DNA from: an uncultured Alicyclobacillaceae bacterium
Lineage (GTDB): Bacteria; Bacillota; Bacilli; Alicyclobacillales; Alicyclobacillaceae
Direction: 5' to 3'
DNA: 64,000 bases
Assembly (NCBI GenBank): GCA_963788285.1
Contig: CAWBGB010000009.1
Location: forward strand, 5,375 to 69,374
A program made the position numbers and the translations under genes. Within the stretch, counting starts at the first letter, position 1; each line of letters starts with the position of its first letter. The notes beneath the pieces were generated by a model. That model did no database searches, was not told the origin of the DNA, and was given only the letters and a program-made list of their open reading frames with translations. Below are positions 51,940-61,589 of this stretch, in pieces.

Positions 51940-52246
51940 CCCGTTCCCCCCTCTCCTACAAGCTAACCAGTCGCGATAAGGCGACATACACCGCAACCCG
52001 TGGCTTTACGCAAGACATCGTCAGAACCGACCCTAAGGCCGATAACTGTTCAGTGGCTGATCCGCTTGTATCATCATATCATACAGACCTCAGGTACCGG
52101 CTGCAGGAGAGAATGGACGTGCTGTCACGGCCGTCCGTCCCGATAAAGGGGCTGATTGAAGGCTTCCTCGGGCAGTTGAAATTCCCTCGCGCCGTCAGTA
52201 TGATTTGGACAACAATCCTTGCCAGTTACGAATGATTTGAAGGGCG

Positions 52247-52930
52247 GTGTTTCGATTGAGCGTCACGGTAAAACTATTTGCGGGTCTCGCGGAGCGAATC
52301 GGAAAGCGAGAAATCGTTGTCGACGGTGATCACCGGATGACGGTACTCGAACTCAAACAAGCCGTCATCCAAGTCTATCCACAATTTGCGGACGAAATCG
52401 GCCGTTGCCTTGTAGCTGTCAACCGTGAATACGCTCCAGACGACGCTCTGATTCAAAACACGGACGAAATAGCGTTCATCCCCCCTGTAGGCGGTGGAAG
52501 CTGTGACGAGCTCGATTCGTGCCGAGTTGTGGATGAACCACTTGACGTGTCTTCGGCATTTGCGCAATTGGAAAGTGTGTATTGTGGTGGGACCGTTCTG
52601 TTTGTCGGCACCGTCCGCGAGTGGACCAAGGGAAGGCAAACCGTATCGTTGCAGTATGAGGCGTATGTAGATATGGCGATTGAGCATATGCGGCGCATAG
52701 AAGCGGATGTCAAGCAGAAATACCCGGGCACAATCACGTTGCAATGGCACCGCATTGGTACTCTGAAACCGACGGAGATTGCCGTCATTTGCGCAGCTGC
52801 TTCACCCCACCGAGATGTGGCGTTCGAGGCGGCTCGGATGCTGATTGAGCGATTGAAGAAGGAAGTGCCGATTTGGAAACGGGAGAACTACAAGGACGGA
52901 GAAACGGTTTGGCAGGCCAATGAGGCGTGA
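52247..52930 (+). CDS. molybdopterin synthase MoaD-MoaE fusion protein
   Basis: Residues 1-84 are MoaD-like (VKLFAGLAERIGK...IAFIPPVGGG, Gly-Gly at nt 52490-52498). The remainder is MoaE-like (GTVLFVGTVREWTKG...LQYEAY..MA...PIWKRE). Confidence 0.8.
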   Translation: MFRLSVTVKLFAGLAERIGKREIVVDGDHRMTVLELKQAVIQVYPQFADEIGRCLVAVNREYAPDDALIQNTDEIAFIPPVGGGSCDELDSCRVVDEPLDVSSAFAQLESVYCGGTVLFVGTVREWTKGRQTVSLQYEAYVDMAIEHMRRIEADVKQKYPGTITLQWHRIGTLKPTEIAVICAAASPHRDVAFEAARMLIERLKKEVPIWKRENYKDGETVWQANEA

Positions 52931-53050
52931 ATCCGGCATTGATTGTGCACTGACTGCAAACGAATAATTCCACCCCTGCCCTCGGATACATGTCCAATGA
53001 ATCGTCGCAAGATGGTCATACATTGGGATTGATCTGAGTTCATTAGGAGG

Positions 53051-53236
53051 GTGGAAAATTTGAAGGTGAATACCATTATCAAGCTGGGATCCATGGCTTT
53101 CAATGTCGCCGAGGACGAAAAAGTGCGCGAGCTGGTGACGATGCTTCACAAGGGGGCCAAGCGCCGGGGCCTACTGTCTCCTCCGCCGATGCCCCCGCAC
53201 CCATACGCCCCCTATGGCTGGCGATGGAACCGGTAA
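53051..53236 (+). CDS. small hypothetical protein with Pro-rich C-terminus
   Basis: 58-61 aa. SD AGGAGGGTGG, with the start probably TTG 53060. No family recognised. Confidence 0.35.
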   Translation: MENLKVNTIIKLGSMAFNVAEDEKVRELVTMLHKGAKRRGLLSPPPMPPHPYAPYGWRWNR

Positions 53237-53388
53237 TCCTGTCTTGAGTGGAACAATGGGGTGTCGTTGTCTTGGTCCTCTCCCACGGGGGGTTACTCGT
53301 GCACAACGGTACTGTGTATGGAGGCGATAACCTAGGGGTGATGGAGCCCGCCGCAAACCACCTATCCACAACATGATGGCTCTTACAA

Positions 53389-53429
53389 ATCTGCTAGGTT
53401 TGTAGGAGCTGTTTATTTACCACTCATTT
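53389..53429 (+). terminator. intrinsic terminator
   Basis: GCTCTTACAAA-tctgctagg-TTTGTAGGAGC followed by TGTTTATTT. Confidence 0.6.
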
Positions 53430-53568
53430 CAAGAATATCCAACATCGATTCACTGGTGTCACGTTTTCTGCGTTCATGGTGACAATCGCTCACCTCTTAA
53501 TGACAGCTCTTACTTCCCCGACACCTGTTAGGCGAACTCAGAAGAAACTCCCTGCCAGGCCTTCACAT

Positions 53569-54318
53569 TCAAGCACCAACACAAAGAAACACGTACCACC
53601 CTACCCATTCCATGATTTCGTTTAACGCGCCATACGTGTCTCCTGTCGTTCCGCCAAAGCGATGCACCATCCAACCGGTAAAGAGAGTCACCGTTAGGAT
53701 GGAATAGAGCAGCGTCCAGAGCCACTGTTGAAACGGTAGGACCAGCCCACAGACACCTACACACAGACAGGTCGCGACAGCGACTGCCCATCTTGGAATC
53801 TTCTGTGCGAACATGGCGCCAAGACCTTCATTCCGAGCCGACGGAGCAATGACCATCGACCAAATCATACCCAAGCGTGACATCATTGGGACAACCACAA
53901 AGGGCTCCCAATGGTCGGAGGAGATACTCGAGATGACTGACCATTTACCCAGGATGGCGAAGAGACCGACTACAACGCCCATCGCCCCCACGCGGCTGTC
54001 TTTCATAATTTCGAGCGCCGCCTCTCGCGGACGTCTACTGCCCATCGCATCGGCAGTATCCATGAGTCCATCTAAATGAAGAGCCCCCGTGGCGAGTGTG
54101 TAGATGGATAGAGAGACCACACTTGCCGCAAAGGACGGCATGTGGCGGACAAAAACGGATTGGAATACCCACAGTACTAAACCGAGCAACATTCCAATCA
54201 CCGGAAACCACACCACGCTGCAACGAAAATCTCGTTCCGTGGCGGTCCGGACGGATGGCGCGGGAAGTATGGTTGCGAATTGTAGGGCGAGAATAAACCA
54301 TCTGATTGGAGCAAACAC
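53569..54318 (-). CDS. cobS: adenosylcobinamide-GDP ribazoletransferase (cobalamin synthase)
   Basis: LQFATILP, HLDGLMDTADAMGS, TGDTYGALNE; polytopic membrane protein. GTG start. Confidence 0.9.
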   Translation of the reverse strand: MFAPIRWFILALQFATILPAPSVRTATERDFRCSVVWFPVIGMLLGLVLWVFQSVFVRHMPSFAASVVSLSIYTLATGALHLDGLMDTADAMGSRRPREAALEIMKDSRVGAMGVVVGLFAILGKWSVISSISSDHWEPFVVVPMMSRLGMIWSMVIAPSARNEGLGAMFAQKIPRWAVAVATCLCVGVCGLVLPFQQWLWTLLYSILTVTLFTGWMVHRFGGTTGDTYGALNEIMEWVGWYVFLCVGA

Positions 54319-54502
54319 GATTCTTCCCCCAGTACAACCAAGAATCCGCGAAAACGTTCGGCCTCCGACTTCCCTGATCTATGCTGAGCCGCCCATTTGC
54401 CCATGAAGTCCACTTCCCGATGAGCACCACAGGATGCGGATAGCAAGCGGATCGCTGAGGCACGGTCGAGGACGATGCCAGGCCTTGCGCTCCCAAACTG
54501 GA

Positions 54503-55060
54503 TCATGGCAATTCTACCTGTATTTTTTTGAGGTCAACCGGAATTCCAGCGACCACCCAAATCACCGATTCAGCCTGTTTGGCGACAGATTGGTTAAGCA
54601 GTCCTAACCAATCCCGATACTGTCTGGATAACGGATCGCCAGGGACGATACCCTGCCCTACCTCATTACTGACGACGACGATGGGATACACAGATTGAGA
54701 GATTGCTGCTACCAACTGCTCCATCCTGGCAAAAAACTGACGCTCAGAACACTGTTCGACAAACATCCAGTTATTGAGTAAGAGAGAGAGGCAGTCAAGA
54801 AGAATCACCGTTGGTTCGCTCTGCTTCATTATCCAGTCTGCTACATCCAGCGGTTCTTCCACCGTCAGCCAATCCTTCGGTCGTTGATGACGGTGACGAA
54901 GGATTCTTTCTTCCATCTCGTTATCGCTGGGTTGTGCTGTGGCAACGTAGGTAACAGGTAGTGAATGAAGCTCTGATAAGCGCCCCGCCCACTGTTCTGC
55001 AAAGGTGCTCTTTCCACTCCGCGCTCCACCGAGAACAAACGTGTACCCCACCTTCGCCAC
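54503..55060 (-). CDS. cobU: bifunctional adenosylcobinamide kinase / adenosylcobinamide-phosphate guanylyltransferase
   Basis: FVLGGARSGKSTFAE P-loop, VVSNEVGQGIVP. The start is GTG 55060 or GTG 55051. Confidence 0.9.
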   Translation of the reverse strand: MAKVGYTFVLGGARSGKSTFAEQWAGRLSELHSLPVTYVATAQPSDNEMEERILRHRHQRPKDWLTVEEPLDVADWIMKQSEPTVILLDCLSLLLNNWMFVEQCSERQFFARMEQLVAAISQSVYPIVVVSNEVGQGIVPGDPLSRQYRDWLGLLNQSVAKQAESVIWVVAGIPVDLKKIQVELP

Positions 55061-55080
55061 TCCCTCCTTTGATCACGCTA

Positions 55081-55860
55081 TCACGATGGATAACTGACGC
55101 GCAAAAAACCGTCATAAGGGTCTGAGTACGTCTTTGCCGGAACCTGAAACACATCGAGTAACGCTCGCTCGGTTAATACGTCATTTGGTGAGCTATGGGC
55201 GTAGACTCTCCCGTGATTCAATAGAACCAACCCGGTACAATAGCGAGCAGCAAGTTCCAGGTTATGAATCGCTGTCACAATAAGATACCCCTCATGGGCA
55301 AGGCGTTGCAGACGTCTGAGAATGTCCACTTGATAATACAAATCCAAGCTGGATATGGGCTCATCCAATAGGATGATGGGGCTCCCTTGAGCAATACAAC
55401 GAGCAATGCCTGCACGTTGCCGCTCCCCACCGGATAGACGTTCCAGATGCACGCCTCGGTAATCAAGTAAATTCAATGTTTTCAGAGCACTAGCCACCGC
55501 TTCCTTGCTCTCGCGCCCCAAATTTCCCCATGGTGTTCGGTACGCATAACGCCCCATCTCTACGTATTGTTCGACGGTAAACGTCACGTTCTCAGGCATT
55601 TGTTGCGGCAAATAGGCAATCTCCTTGGCGCGTTGACGGGCAGACATGTCACTCAATACCTTGCCATTGAGGTAAACGCTGCCCGTCGTAGGGCGCCAAA
55701 TGCCTGCAAGTATCCGTAACAGGGTGGACTTGCCTGCTCCATTAGGACCAATCAGCCCGATAAATTGCCCGCGCGACCACGCCAAATTCACATCGTGCAA
55801 GATCCCACGATACGAGACGTTCTCAAGCTGAAGCAATGCGCAACTTTGATCCACCGACAT
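55081..55860 (-). CDS. btuD: ABC transporter ATP-binding protein (FecE/BtuD type), corrinoid uptake by context
   Basis: GPNGAGKSTLL, LSGGERQR, ILLDEP. ATG 55860 overlaps the permease stop. Sits downstream of a cobalamin riboswitch. Confidence 0.8.
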   Translation of the reverse strand: MSVDQSCALLQLENVSYRGILHDVNLAWSRGQFIGLIGPNGAGKSTLLRILAGIWRPTTGSVYLNGKVLSDMSARQRAKEIAYLPQQMPENVTFTVEQYVEMGRYAYRTPWGNLGRESKEAVASALKTLNLLDYRGVHLERLSGGERQRAGIARCIAQGSPIILLDEPISSLDLYYQVDILRRLQRLAHEGYLIVTAIHNLELAARYCTGLVLLNHGRVYAHSSPNDVLTERALLDVFQVPAKTYSDPYDGFLRVSYPS

Positions 55861-56876
55861 CACCCCCGATGCATTGTTGATTCCTGCCGCCTCAATAAAA
55901 ACAAGAAAAATGGTGCGCCTAGGCACGATGTAACAATGCCGACATTCAGTTCAATCGGGAGCAGGATCATCCTTGCCACGAGATCAGACAACAGCATGAG
56001 AAGCGCCCCTCCGATTGCGGATGCCACAATGAGATTCCGATGCGAAGGACCAATCCACAAACGCAGGAGATGGGGTACGACGAGTCCAACAAACCCAATC
56101 ACGCCGGTGGAACTGACACAAGCGCCAACCACAAAGGCAGCCGTTGCTAGCGTAATTTGCTTGGTGTACTGGAGCGATACGCCAACGCCTTCAGCTTGCT
56201 CTTCCCCGATGGAAATCACATCCAGTGCGTGCGCCTGAAGGAGATAAATGATAAATCCAGCACTGACAAACACCGCCAGTATGAAAAACTCGCTCCAGGT
56301 ACTCCCATCGAGCCCCCCCATCAACCAAAACAACATCTGCTGCATCGTTTCCAATGGGGCCAGTGACAACACGAGTGTGACGACGGAACTACAAAACGAG
56401 CTGATGGCAACACCTGAAAGGAGCAACGAATAAATGGACGTTCTACCCCTTACGGTGGCGAGACGATAGATTACAAAGACGACGATAAGTCCCGACGCAA
56501 ACGCACCCAGTGGCGTATACCACTGGGATAGTTGCGACAGTCCGAATTGGATGGTTAACACGGCCCCAAGCGATCCGCCGCTTGACACTCCAATAATGGC
56601 CGGATCTGCCATTGGGTTGCGAAATATCGCTTGCAACACGGCGCCCGTACTTGCAAGCCCTGCTCCAACCACGGCCGCCACGAGAAGACGAGGCAATCGA
56701 ATGTCGCCGAGGACGACCTGATCCGTACCGCTTCCGCCGTGTAGAAAGCTCCAAATGTCCGATGGAATTCTTGCCATCGGAATCATAATGGGACCGATTG
56801 ACAATTCAAGCATGGCGGCAATGCCAAGCGCGATGCCGAGGGTGACAAACGCCCATCGAATACGACTTGTACTCAT
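55860..56876 (-). CDS. btuC: FecCD-family ABC permease, corrinoid uptake by context
   Basis: About 338 aa, polytopic, with RLPRLLVAAVVGAGLASTGAVLQAIFRNPMADP signature. ATGA overlap with the binding-protein gene. Confidence 0.8.
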   Translation of the reverse strand: MSTSRIRWAFVTLGIALGIAAMLELSIGPIMIPMARIPSDIWSFLHGGSGTDQVVLGDIRLPRLLVAAVVGAGLASTGAVLQAIFRNPMADPAIIGVSSGGSLGAVLTIQFGLSQLSQWYTPLGAFASGLIVVFVIYRLATVRGRTSIYSLLLSGVAISSFCSSVVTLVLSLAPLETMQQMLFWLMGGLDGSTWSEFFILAVFVSAGFIIYLLQAHALDVISIGEEQAEGVGVSLQYTKQITLATAAFVVGACVSSTGVIGFVGLVVPHLLRLWIGPSHRNLIVASAIGGALLMLLSDLVARMILLPIELNVGIVTSCLGAPFFLFLLRRQESTMHRG

Positions 56877-57829
56877 TGTCCAATCTGGGCGGTTGGATAC
56901 AACAACTTGGCCACATCCCAAACCCCTTGGGTAATGTATTGTGAGACGCTCGACAAATCAGCTCCCTTGACGAGGTACACGCGGTGATTCTTTACCGCGG
57001 ACACCGTCTGCAGTTTGGGATCCGAAAGAATTTTTTGAACGAATCCTTTGTCATCGTCTGCGTCGATGATGACGTCCGGGTTGAGCTTCACAATTTCTTC
57101 GTCGGTAATTTTCTGCCATCCTTGGAGCTGCGCTGCGGCGTTAATGCCCCCGGCATCTACAATAATGTCGTTCACAGTGGTTGATGTACCTGCAGCATAT
57201 CCAAAAGAACTGTAATCTAATACCTTCAGTTTCTTTTCGTCTTTGACTGCCTTCTCAACGGCTTGAATTTTTTCTTGCATGCTGTGAACCAGATTTTGTG
57301 CGCCTGCTTCATTTCCGACAAGCCTCCCGATGACCTCAATGTTTCGTTCAATGTCGCTGATGGAGTTAAAGTCGTTAAACTCATAGACTGGAATGTGGGC
57401 TTGTTCTATCTGATTTATGACCCCTTGATTTGTATAAGAAGCCGTCAAAACAAGATCTGGTTTAGCGGCAAGAATTTGCTCGGCATTGGCCTGTTGAATG
57501 GCGGGAATGCCTTTGACAAAGGAAGTGATATTGGAATACGACGGATCGCTAGAGAACGTGGTGACGAGTACAATGTCCTTTTTCGGAACGAGTGCAGACA
57601 GGATTTCGTCGGTACCTTCCGTAGTGGAGGCAATTCGCTCTGGACGTTTCGAAACCGTCACTGTATGACCCGTATCATCCTTCAATGTCACGGGGAATGC
57701 GGTTTGTTGCGATGCGTTTGTTGCCGTCGCCTGATTCGACGAAGACGAGGTGTTCGCCCCACACCCTGTGATCCCAATGGTAGCAAGGGCCAGAACAGCT
57801 ACGGGAATTGCAACTACTGATTTTTTCAT
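56873..57829 (-). CDS. btuF: ABC substrate-binding lipoprotein (periplasmic binding protein type 8), corrinoid uptake by context
   Basis: Lipobox GITGC. PERIASTTEGTDEIL / KPDLVLTAS cluster-A SBP pattern. First gene after the riboswitch. Confidence 0.75.
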   Translation of the reverse strand: MKKSVVAIPVAVLALATIGITGCGANTSSSSNQATATNASQQTAFPVTLKDDTGHTVTVSKRPERIASTTEGTDEILSALVPKKDIVLVTTFSSDPSYSNITSFVKGIPAIQQANAEQILAAKPDLVLTASYTNQGVINQIEQAHIPVYEFNDFNSISDIERNIEVIGRLVGNEAGAQNLVHSMQEKIQAVEKAVKDEKKLKVLDYSSFGYAAGTSTTVNDIIVDAGGINAAAQLQGWQKITDEEIVKLNPDVIIDADDDKGFVQKILSDPKLQTVSAVKNHRVYLVKGADLSSVSQYITQGVWDVAKLLYPTAQIGQ

Positions 57830-57851
57830 CGAGATACCTCCTGATGTTCTA

Positions 57852-58108
57852 ACAGAAAATCCCTGCCCATTGGCAGAGAGTGGTTGTGGTCGGAAGTTGA
57901 TGAGAATTCCTCCAACGCAACCTCTCCTCGAAGGTTTCGTTCTACCTCTTCAGGCAGGTCTCCTGACTCTCAGCTCATGGAACCCATCAAACGCCTTCCC
58001 ACGAAAACGCAGTGACGTTGATCCATAAATCGCTGATTACAGTGGCGGGACCGTACCGGACTTTCACCGGTTTCCCTATTATCTCTGTAAACCAGAGCAC
58101 CTGAAGAG
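57852..58108 (-). promoter_or_regulatory. cobalamin (AdoCbl) riboswitch with terminator, controlling btuFCD-cobU-cobS
   Basis: Minus strand: P1 CTCTTCAGG...CCTGAAGAG. Core AATAGGGAAACCGGTGAAAGTCCGGTACGGTCCCGCCACTGTA. B12 box AGTCAGGAGACCTGCC. Terminator CTCTGCC-aatg-GGCAGGG + ATTTTCTGTT. Confidence 0.85.
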
Positions 58109-58218
58109 CTTTTCAATTTCGTTTGCATCATAGTGAATCGACGGAACAATGTCAATCGCCTTGGTCAGATAGCCACGAACGATGACGACGATATTTATGG
58201 TCCCTGGTCTCCAACCCA

Positions 58219-58800
58219 TCAACCTTTGCGCTTGCCATCCCGAAACACATCGGTACTGTTTTCGTAGAGTACATCCTTCTGCCGTCTCCGAGCATTCACT
58301 GCCCTTGCCAAGACAAAGAGCAAATCAGACAAACGGTTGAGATACTTCAAAGTGGGCGGATAAATCTCTTCTTCCTGCATAAGCGACACAACGCGGCGCT
58401 CCGCGCGGCGTACCACAGTACAGGCAACGTGCAGATAAGCGGCAGCTTGGTCTCCGCCCCGCAAGATAAATTTCGTGACCTTGTCAGCTTCCTCTTTGTA
58501 CCTGTCGATGAAAGGTTCCAGACTTGCAGCCGCATCCTCTTTGGTACGGAACGTGTATTCTGCGCCAGGTACGGCAGCTAAGTCTGCACCGACATCCCAC
58601 AACGTCTGCTGAACTTGATACAAGAGGTCCATCATGTCTCTTTCAGACACTTCATCAAGATGACTGAGTACGAGTCCAATAAACGCCCCCGCCTCATCTA
58701 CCGTGCCGTAAGCCTCCACTCGTGCATCACTCTTGTAGCGCCGTTGTCCTCCGATGAGCGCAGTCTGTCCCTTGTCTCCACCGCGGGTATAGATTCTCAT
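58219..58800 (-). CDS. pduO: ATP:cob(I)alamin adenosyltransferase, PduO type
   Basis: MRIYTRGGDKGQTAL...YGTVDEAGAFIG...RGGDQAAAYLHVACTVVRRAER. ATGA overlap with the upstream cobT-bluB gene. Confidence 0.85.
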   Translation of the reverse strand: MRIYTRGGDKGQTALIGGQRRYKSDARVEAYGTVDEAGAFIGLVLSHLDEVSERDMMDLLYQVQQTLWDVGADLAAVPGAEYTFRTKEDAAASLEPFIDRYKEEADKVTKFILRGGDQAAAYLHVACTVVRRAERRVVSLMQEEEIYPPTLKYLNRLSDLLFVLARAVNARRRQKDVLYENSTDVFRDGKRKG

Positions 58801-60596
58801 CCCTTCGATTCCTCCTGGTTCCCCCACATGTCGTGGTATATCAAAGTTTGTAAATCGAGGCGACTTCTCCATCCAACACGCTCCAGTAACGGAATTTCTG
58901 GAAAGTGTGCCGTGTACCCGATGGACAGTAACGCAACAGGGTCGATGTGGTCAGGGATGTTGAGAATCTGCCGAATATCCTCTTTCTTGTAAATGCTGAC
59001 CCATCCCATTCCAACACCTTCGGCCCGCGCTGCTAACCACATATTTTCAATGGCACAGGACGTAGACATTAAATCCGTTTCGGGAATGGTGTTCCGACCG
59101 AGCACGTGCGGTCCACCACGACTGGGATCGTTCGTCACGCATATTGTGACGGGCGCTTGTAACAGACCTTCGACCTTTAGCCGAAGATAATACTCTTGCT
59201 TGAGATCCTGATAATTCTCTGAAGCTCGGACCCGTTCTCGCTCAACGACCTGTTGGATTTGCTTTAGGCGCTCTCTGTCCCGAATTAAGATAAAGTTCCA
59301 CGGTTGCATGTATCCGACCGAAGGCGCATGATGTGCGGCGATAAGAATTCTTTCCAGCACATCGTCAGGAATCGGGTCCGACAGAAAAGACCGTATGTCA
59401 CGCCGTGCCAGAATCGCTTTGTACACGGCATCTCGTTCCGCATCGTCAAAATCCCGTACAACGGGACTCTTCAAAGTTTCTGCTTCTTGCTTTGACGGAA
59501 GGCCCTGTGCGTCTGAATCCGCCTTGTGGGGATTCGACACCCTTGCATCCTCAAAAGTTGCAGTCTCCGCCATGACCTTGCAGGCATTCTGAATTACAGG
59601 GAGAACAAACAAGGCTCCTGACCCTTCCCCAAGATGCATCCCCCAATCGACAAGGGGAGACAATCCTAACTCCTGCAGCACATATTGATGTGCAGGTTCC
59701 GTAGAGCGGTGAGAGGCAATTAAGTAGTTCCGGACATGCGGATTCAAACGGTTTGCCAAAAGTGCTGCCGTGCTCGTAATCACTCCGTCCAAAATGACAG
59801 GAACCCGATGGCTTGCACACGCGATAAGCGCGCCTACCATGGCTCCGATTTCGAATCCTCCGACTTTCACTAACACATCCCAAGGGTCGTTAAAATTCGG
59901 TTGGTGTAGTTGGAGTGCTTTGGTAATTAACTCCGTCTTTGTCCGTTTCCGATCCTCAGATATGCCGGTCCCTACCCCAACAAGTTCTTCAACGGGTAAG
60001 CGAAGAAGACTGGCAATCATCGCGGTGCTTGCGGTTGTATTCCCAATCCCCATTTCACCAATGACAGCAATGTCTGCCCCTGCGCGAATCGACTCTTCAG
60101 CGATATCAAAACCAATTTCCACGGCCTGATAGGCTTGCTCCAAGGTCATGGCAGGCTCCAGGGCAAAGTTTTTGGTGCCAGGTGCGACCTTGCGGACAAT
60201 CACGTTGGGATGGCGAACCCGCGATCGAACACCGACGTCAACCACTTTTAACTTCACATGCTGGGCACGCGAAAGAACACTGCTGACGGCACTGCCCATA
60301 CACATATTGACTACCATTTCTTCAGTCACCTGGCTGCCATACGCAGAAACACCCTGTTCACTTACGCCATGGTCAGCCGCAAAGAGAAGGGCAACAGGCT
60401 TGTGAAAAGAAGGAATAACCTGTCCAGTCATGGCAGCAAGGTGGGCAATCACGTCTTCCAAGACTCCGAGACTACCGAGCGGCTTCGTCAGGTCATCCAG
60501 CCGATTGCGTGCCTTCTGCATCACGTCGATATACAGTTGAGGAATTCTCGCACACCGTTCAACAATGCTGGATAGCAACACTACGTCCCCTATCAA
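58797..60596 (-). CDS. fusion of nicotinate-nucleotide:DMB phosphoribosyltransferase (CobT) and 5,6-dimethylbenzimidazole synthase (BluB)
   Basis: The N-terminal ~355 aa are CobT (LTKPLGSLGVLE, GEMGIGNTTAS, LGEGSGA). The C-terminal ~230 aa are a nitroreductase-fold BluB (RRDIRSF, AAHHAPSVGYMQPW, GWVS). Junction about nt 59480-59540. The start is uncertain (TTG 60596 or TTG 60578). Confidence 0.85.
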   Translation of the reverse strand: MIGDVVLLSSIVERCARIPQLYIDVMQKARNRLDDLTKPLGSLGVLEDVIAHLAAMTGQVIPSFHKPVALLFAADHGVSEQGVSAYGSQVTEEMVVNMCMGSAVSSVLSRAQHVKLKVVDVGVRSRVRHPNVIVRKVAPGTKNFALEPAMTLEQAYQAVEIGFDIAEESIRAGADIAVIGEMGIGNTTASTAMIASLLRLPVEELVGVGTGISEDRKRTKTELITKALQLHQPNFNDPWDVLVKVGGFEIGAMVGALIACASHRVPVILDGVITSTAALLANRLNPHVRNYLIASHRSTEPAHQYVLQELGLSPLVDWGMHLGEGSGALFVLPVIQNACKVMAETATFEDARVSNPHKADSDAQGLPSKQEAETLKSPVVRDFDDAERDAVYKAILARRDIRSFLSDPIPDDVLERILIAAHHAPSVGYMQPWNFILIRDRERLKQIQQVVERERVRASENYQDLKQEYYLRLKVEGLLQAPVTICVTNDPSRGGPHVLGRNTIPETDLMSTSCAIENMWLAARAEGVGMGWVSIYKKEDIRQILNIPDHIDPVALLSIGYTAHFPEIPLLERVGWRSRLDLQTLIYHDMWGNQEESKG

Positions 60597-60662
60597 CAGA
60601 TAAATTCAGCGATGAGTAAAATACGATGAATGGCTTACTCCGATAGAGTTTGAAAATACTGT

Positions 60663-60922
60663 AAACAAAAGAAGCTACCTGCCTAAAGCAGATAGCTGTC
60701 ATTGCACATTCGTGCAGCGACACCGACCTATCGACCGTAGGTACAGGGTGTACAAGAAAGGCAGGTCTCCTGGCTCGGGGTCGTCACCTGCGATTCACCT
60801 TCCCAAGCGCTTGTGCACTCAGTGGTATCGAGAATCGAGGCTCACCCATACAGTGGCGGGACCGCACCGGACTTTCACCGGTTTCCCTATTATGTCACTC
60901 AGCGAAGTGAACACCTTTCTTG
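60663..60922 (-). promoter_or_regulatory. cobalamin (AdoCbl) riboswitch with terminator, controlling cobT-bluB/pduO
   Basis: Minus strand: P1 CAAGAAAGG...CCTTTCTTG. Core AATAGGGAAACCGGTGAAAGTCCGGTGCGGTCCCGCCACTGTA. B12 box AGCCAGGAGACCTGCC. Terminator AGCTATCTGC-tttag-GCAGGTAGCT + TCTTTTGTTT. Confidence 0.85.
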
Positions 60923-61159
60923 AATGTTTCGTTGTAAATCGCCTATCTACGCTTTGCGCTTAACAGAATACATAGTAATGCCAATGAGGGGTGATGTCCA
61001 GCTTTCGTACCACAGCCTCAATCTAGTTTCTCATGCGTTGTGGCCGCCAAAGAATCTCTGCCACTCAACTCCCCCTAACATAGTCTCTAATCGAGGCGTA
61101 GTTGCCTTAATCCTGTAGTAGGATTGCTCAATGCGACAACGCATTGCCCACGCCGTCGT

Positions 61160-61589
61160 CCTTTGGATGTAGAGGGAGTCCAATAATTCTGTGAAAGAAC
61201 ACAGACATGAATTAGTCATTTATCAGGGCTCAGGTAGGCAATTTCGTGATCACATTACAATGGTTGGCTCTGAACTGTACCGATAATCAAAGCATAGCAT
61301 GTTGCCTGTGCCACCCTTTGCGAATGGATAGAAAGTCTATCGCTGATATGGTGATATACATTGACGATATAGTCTGGTTTTTCCGGATGGAAACTAAGCA
61401 ACGCACCAAACCCAGTTGTTTCCGTACCATTGTAACTCTCGTAGTCAAACGCATCCGGTTCAGGCTGCCCCCCATTGTTGACTCTTGCACACTCAACATA
61501 GTCCCTTGGATTAATTCGAAATCTGTCAATCTCCTCAATGCTTTCGGTTCGACCTCACTATGCGGCCTGTACCAGCTGATTTTTTCCAT
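61160..61589 (-). pseudogene. SMI1/KNR4 (SUKH-1)-like immunity protein remnant
   Basis: ATG 61589 with SD GGTGGGAGG gives MEKISWYRPHSEVEPKA. After a frame change: SIEEIDRFRINPRDYVECARVNNGGQPEP...ISDRL. Then a stop. Then CDHEIAYL and, in a third frame, SFTELLDSL. The pattern (I..aE..l...lP.dY..f....NGG ... dHE ... sF.efl) recalls SUKH domains. Confidence 0.4.

Noticed and set aside
52090-52246. Possible Moco riboswitch upstream of the moaD-moaE fusion
   Set aside because: The position is right and there are AAAGGGG and CCTCGGG-like strings. I could not reproduce the conserved Moco motif architecture by hand. It is unresolved without an RF01055 scan.
53237-53388. 150 nt between the small Pro-rich ORF and its terminator, considered as a structured RNA
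   Set aside because: No recognisable riboswitch or ncRNA signature, and no strong conserved-looking helices were found by eye.
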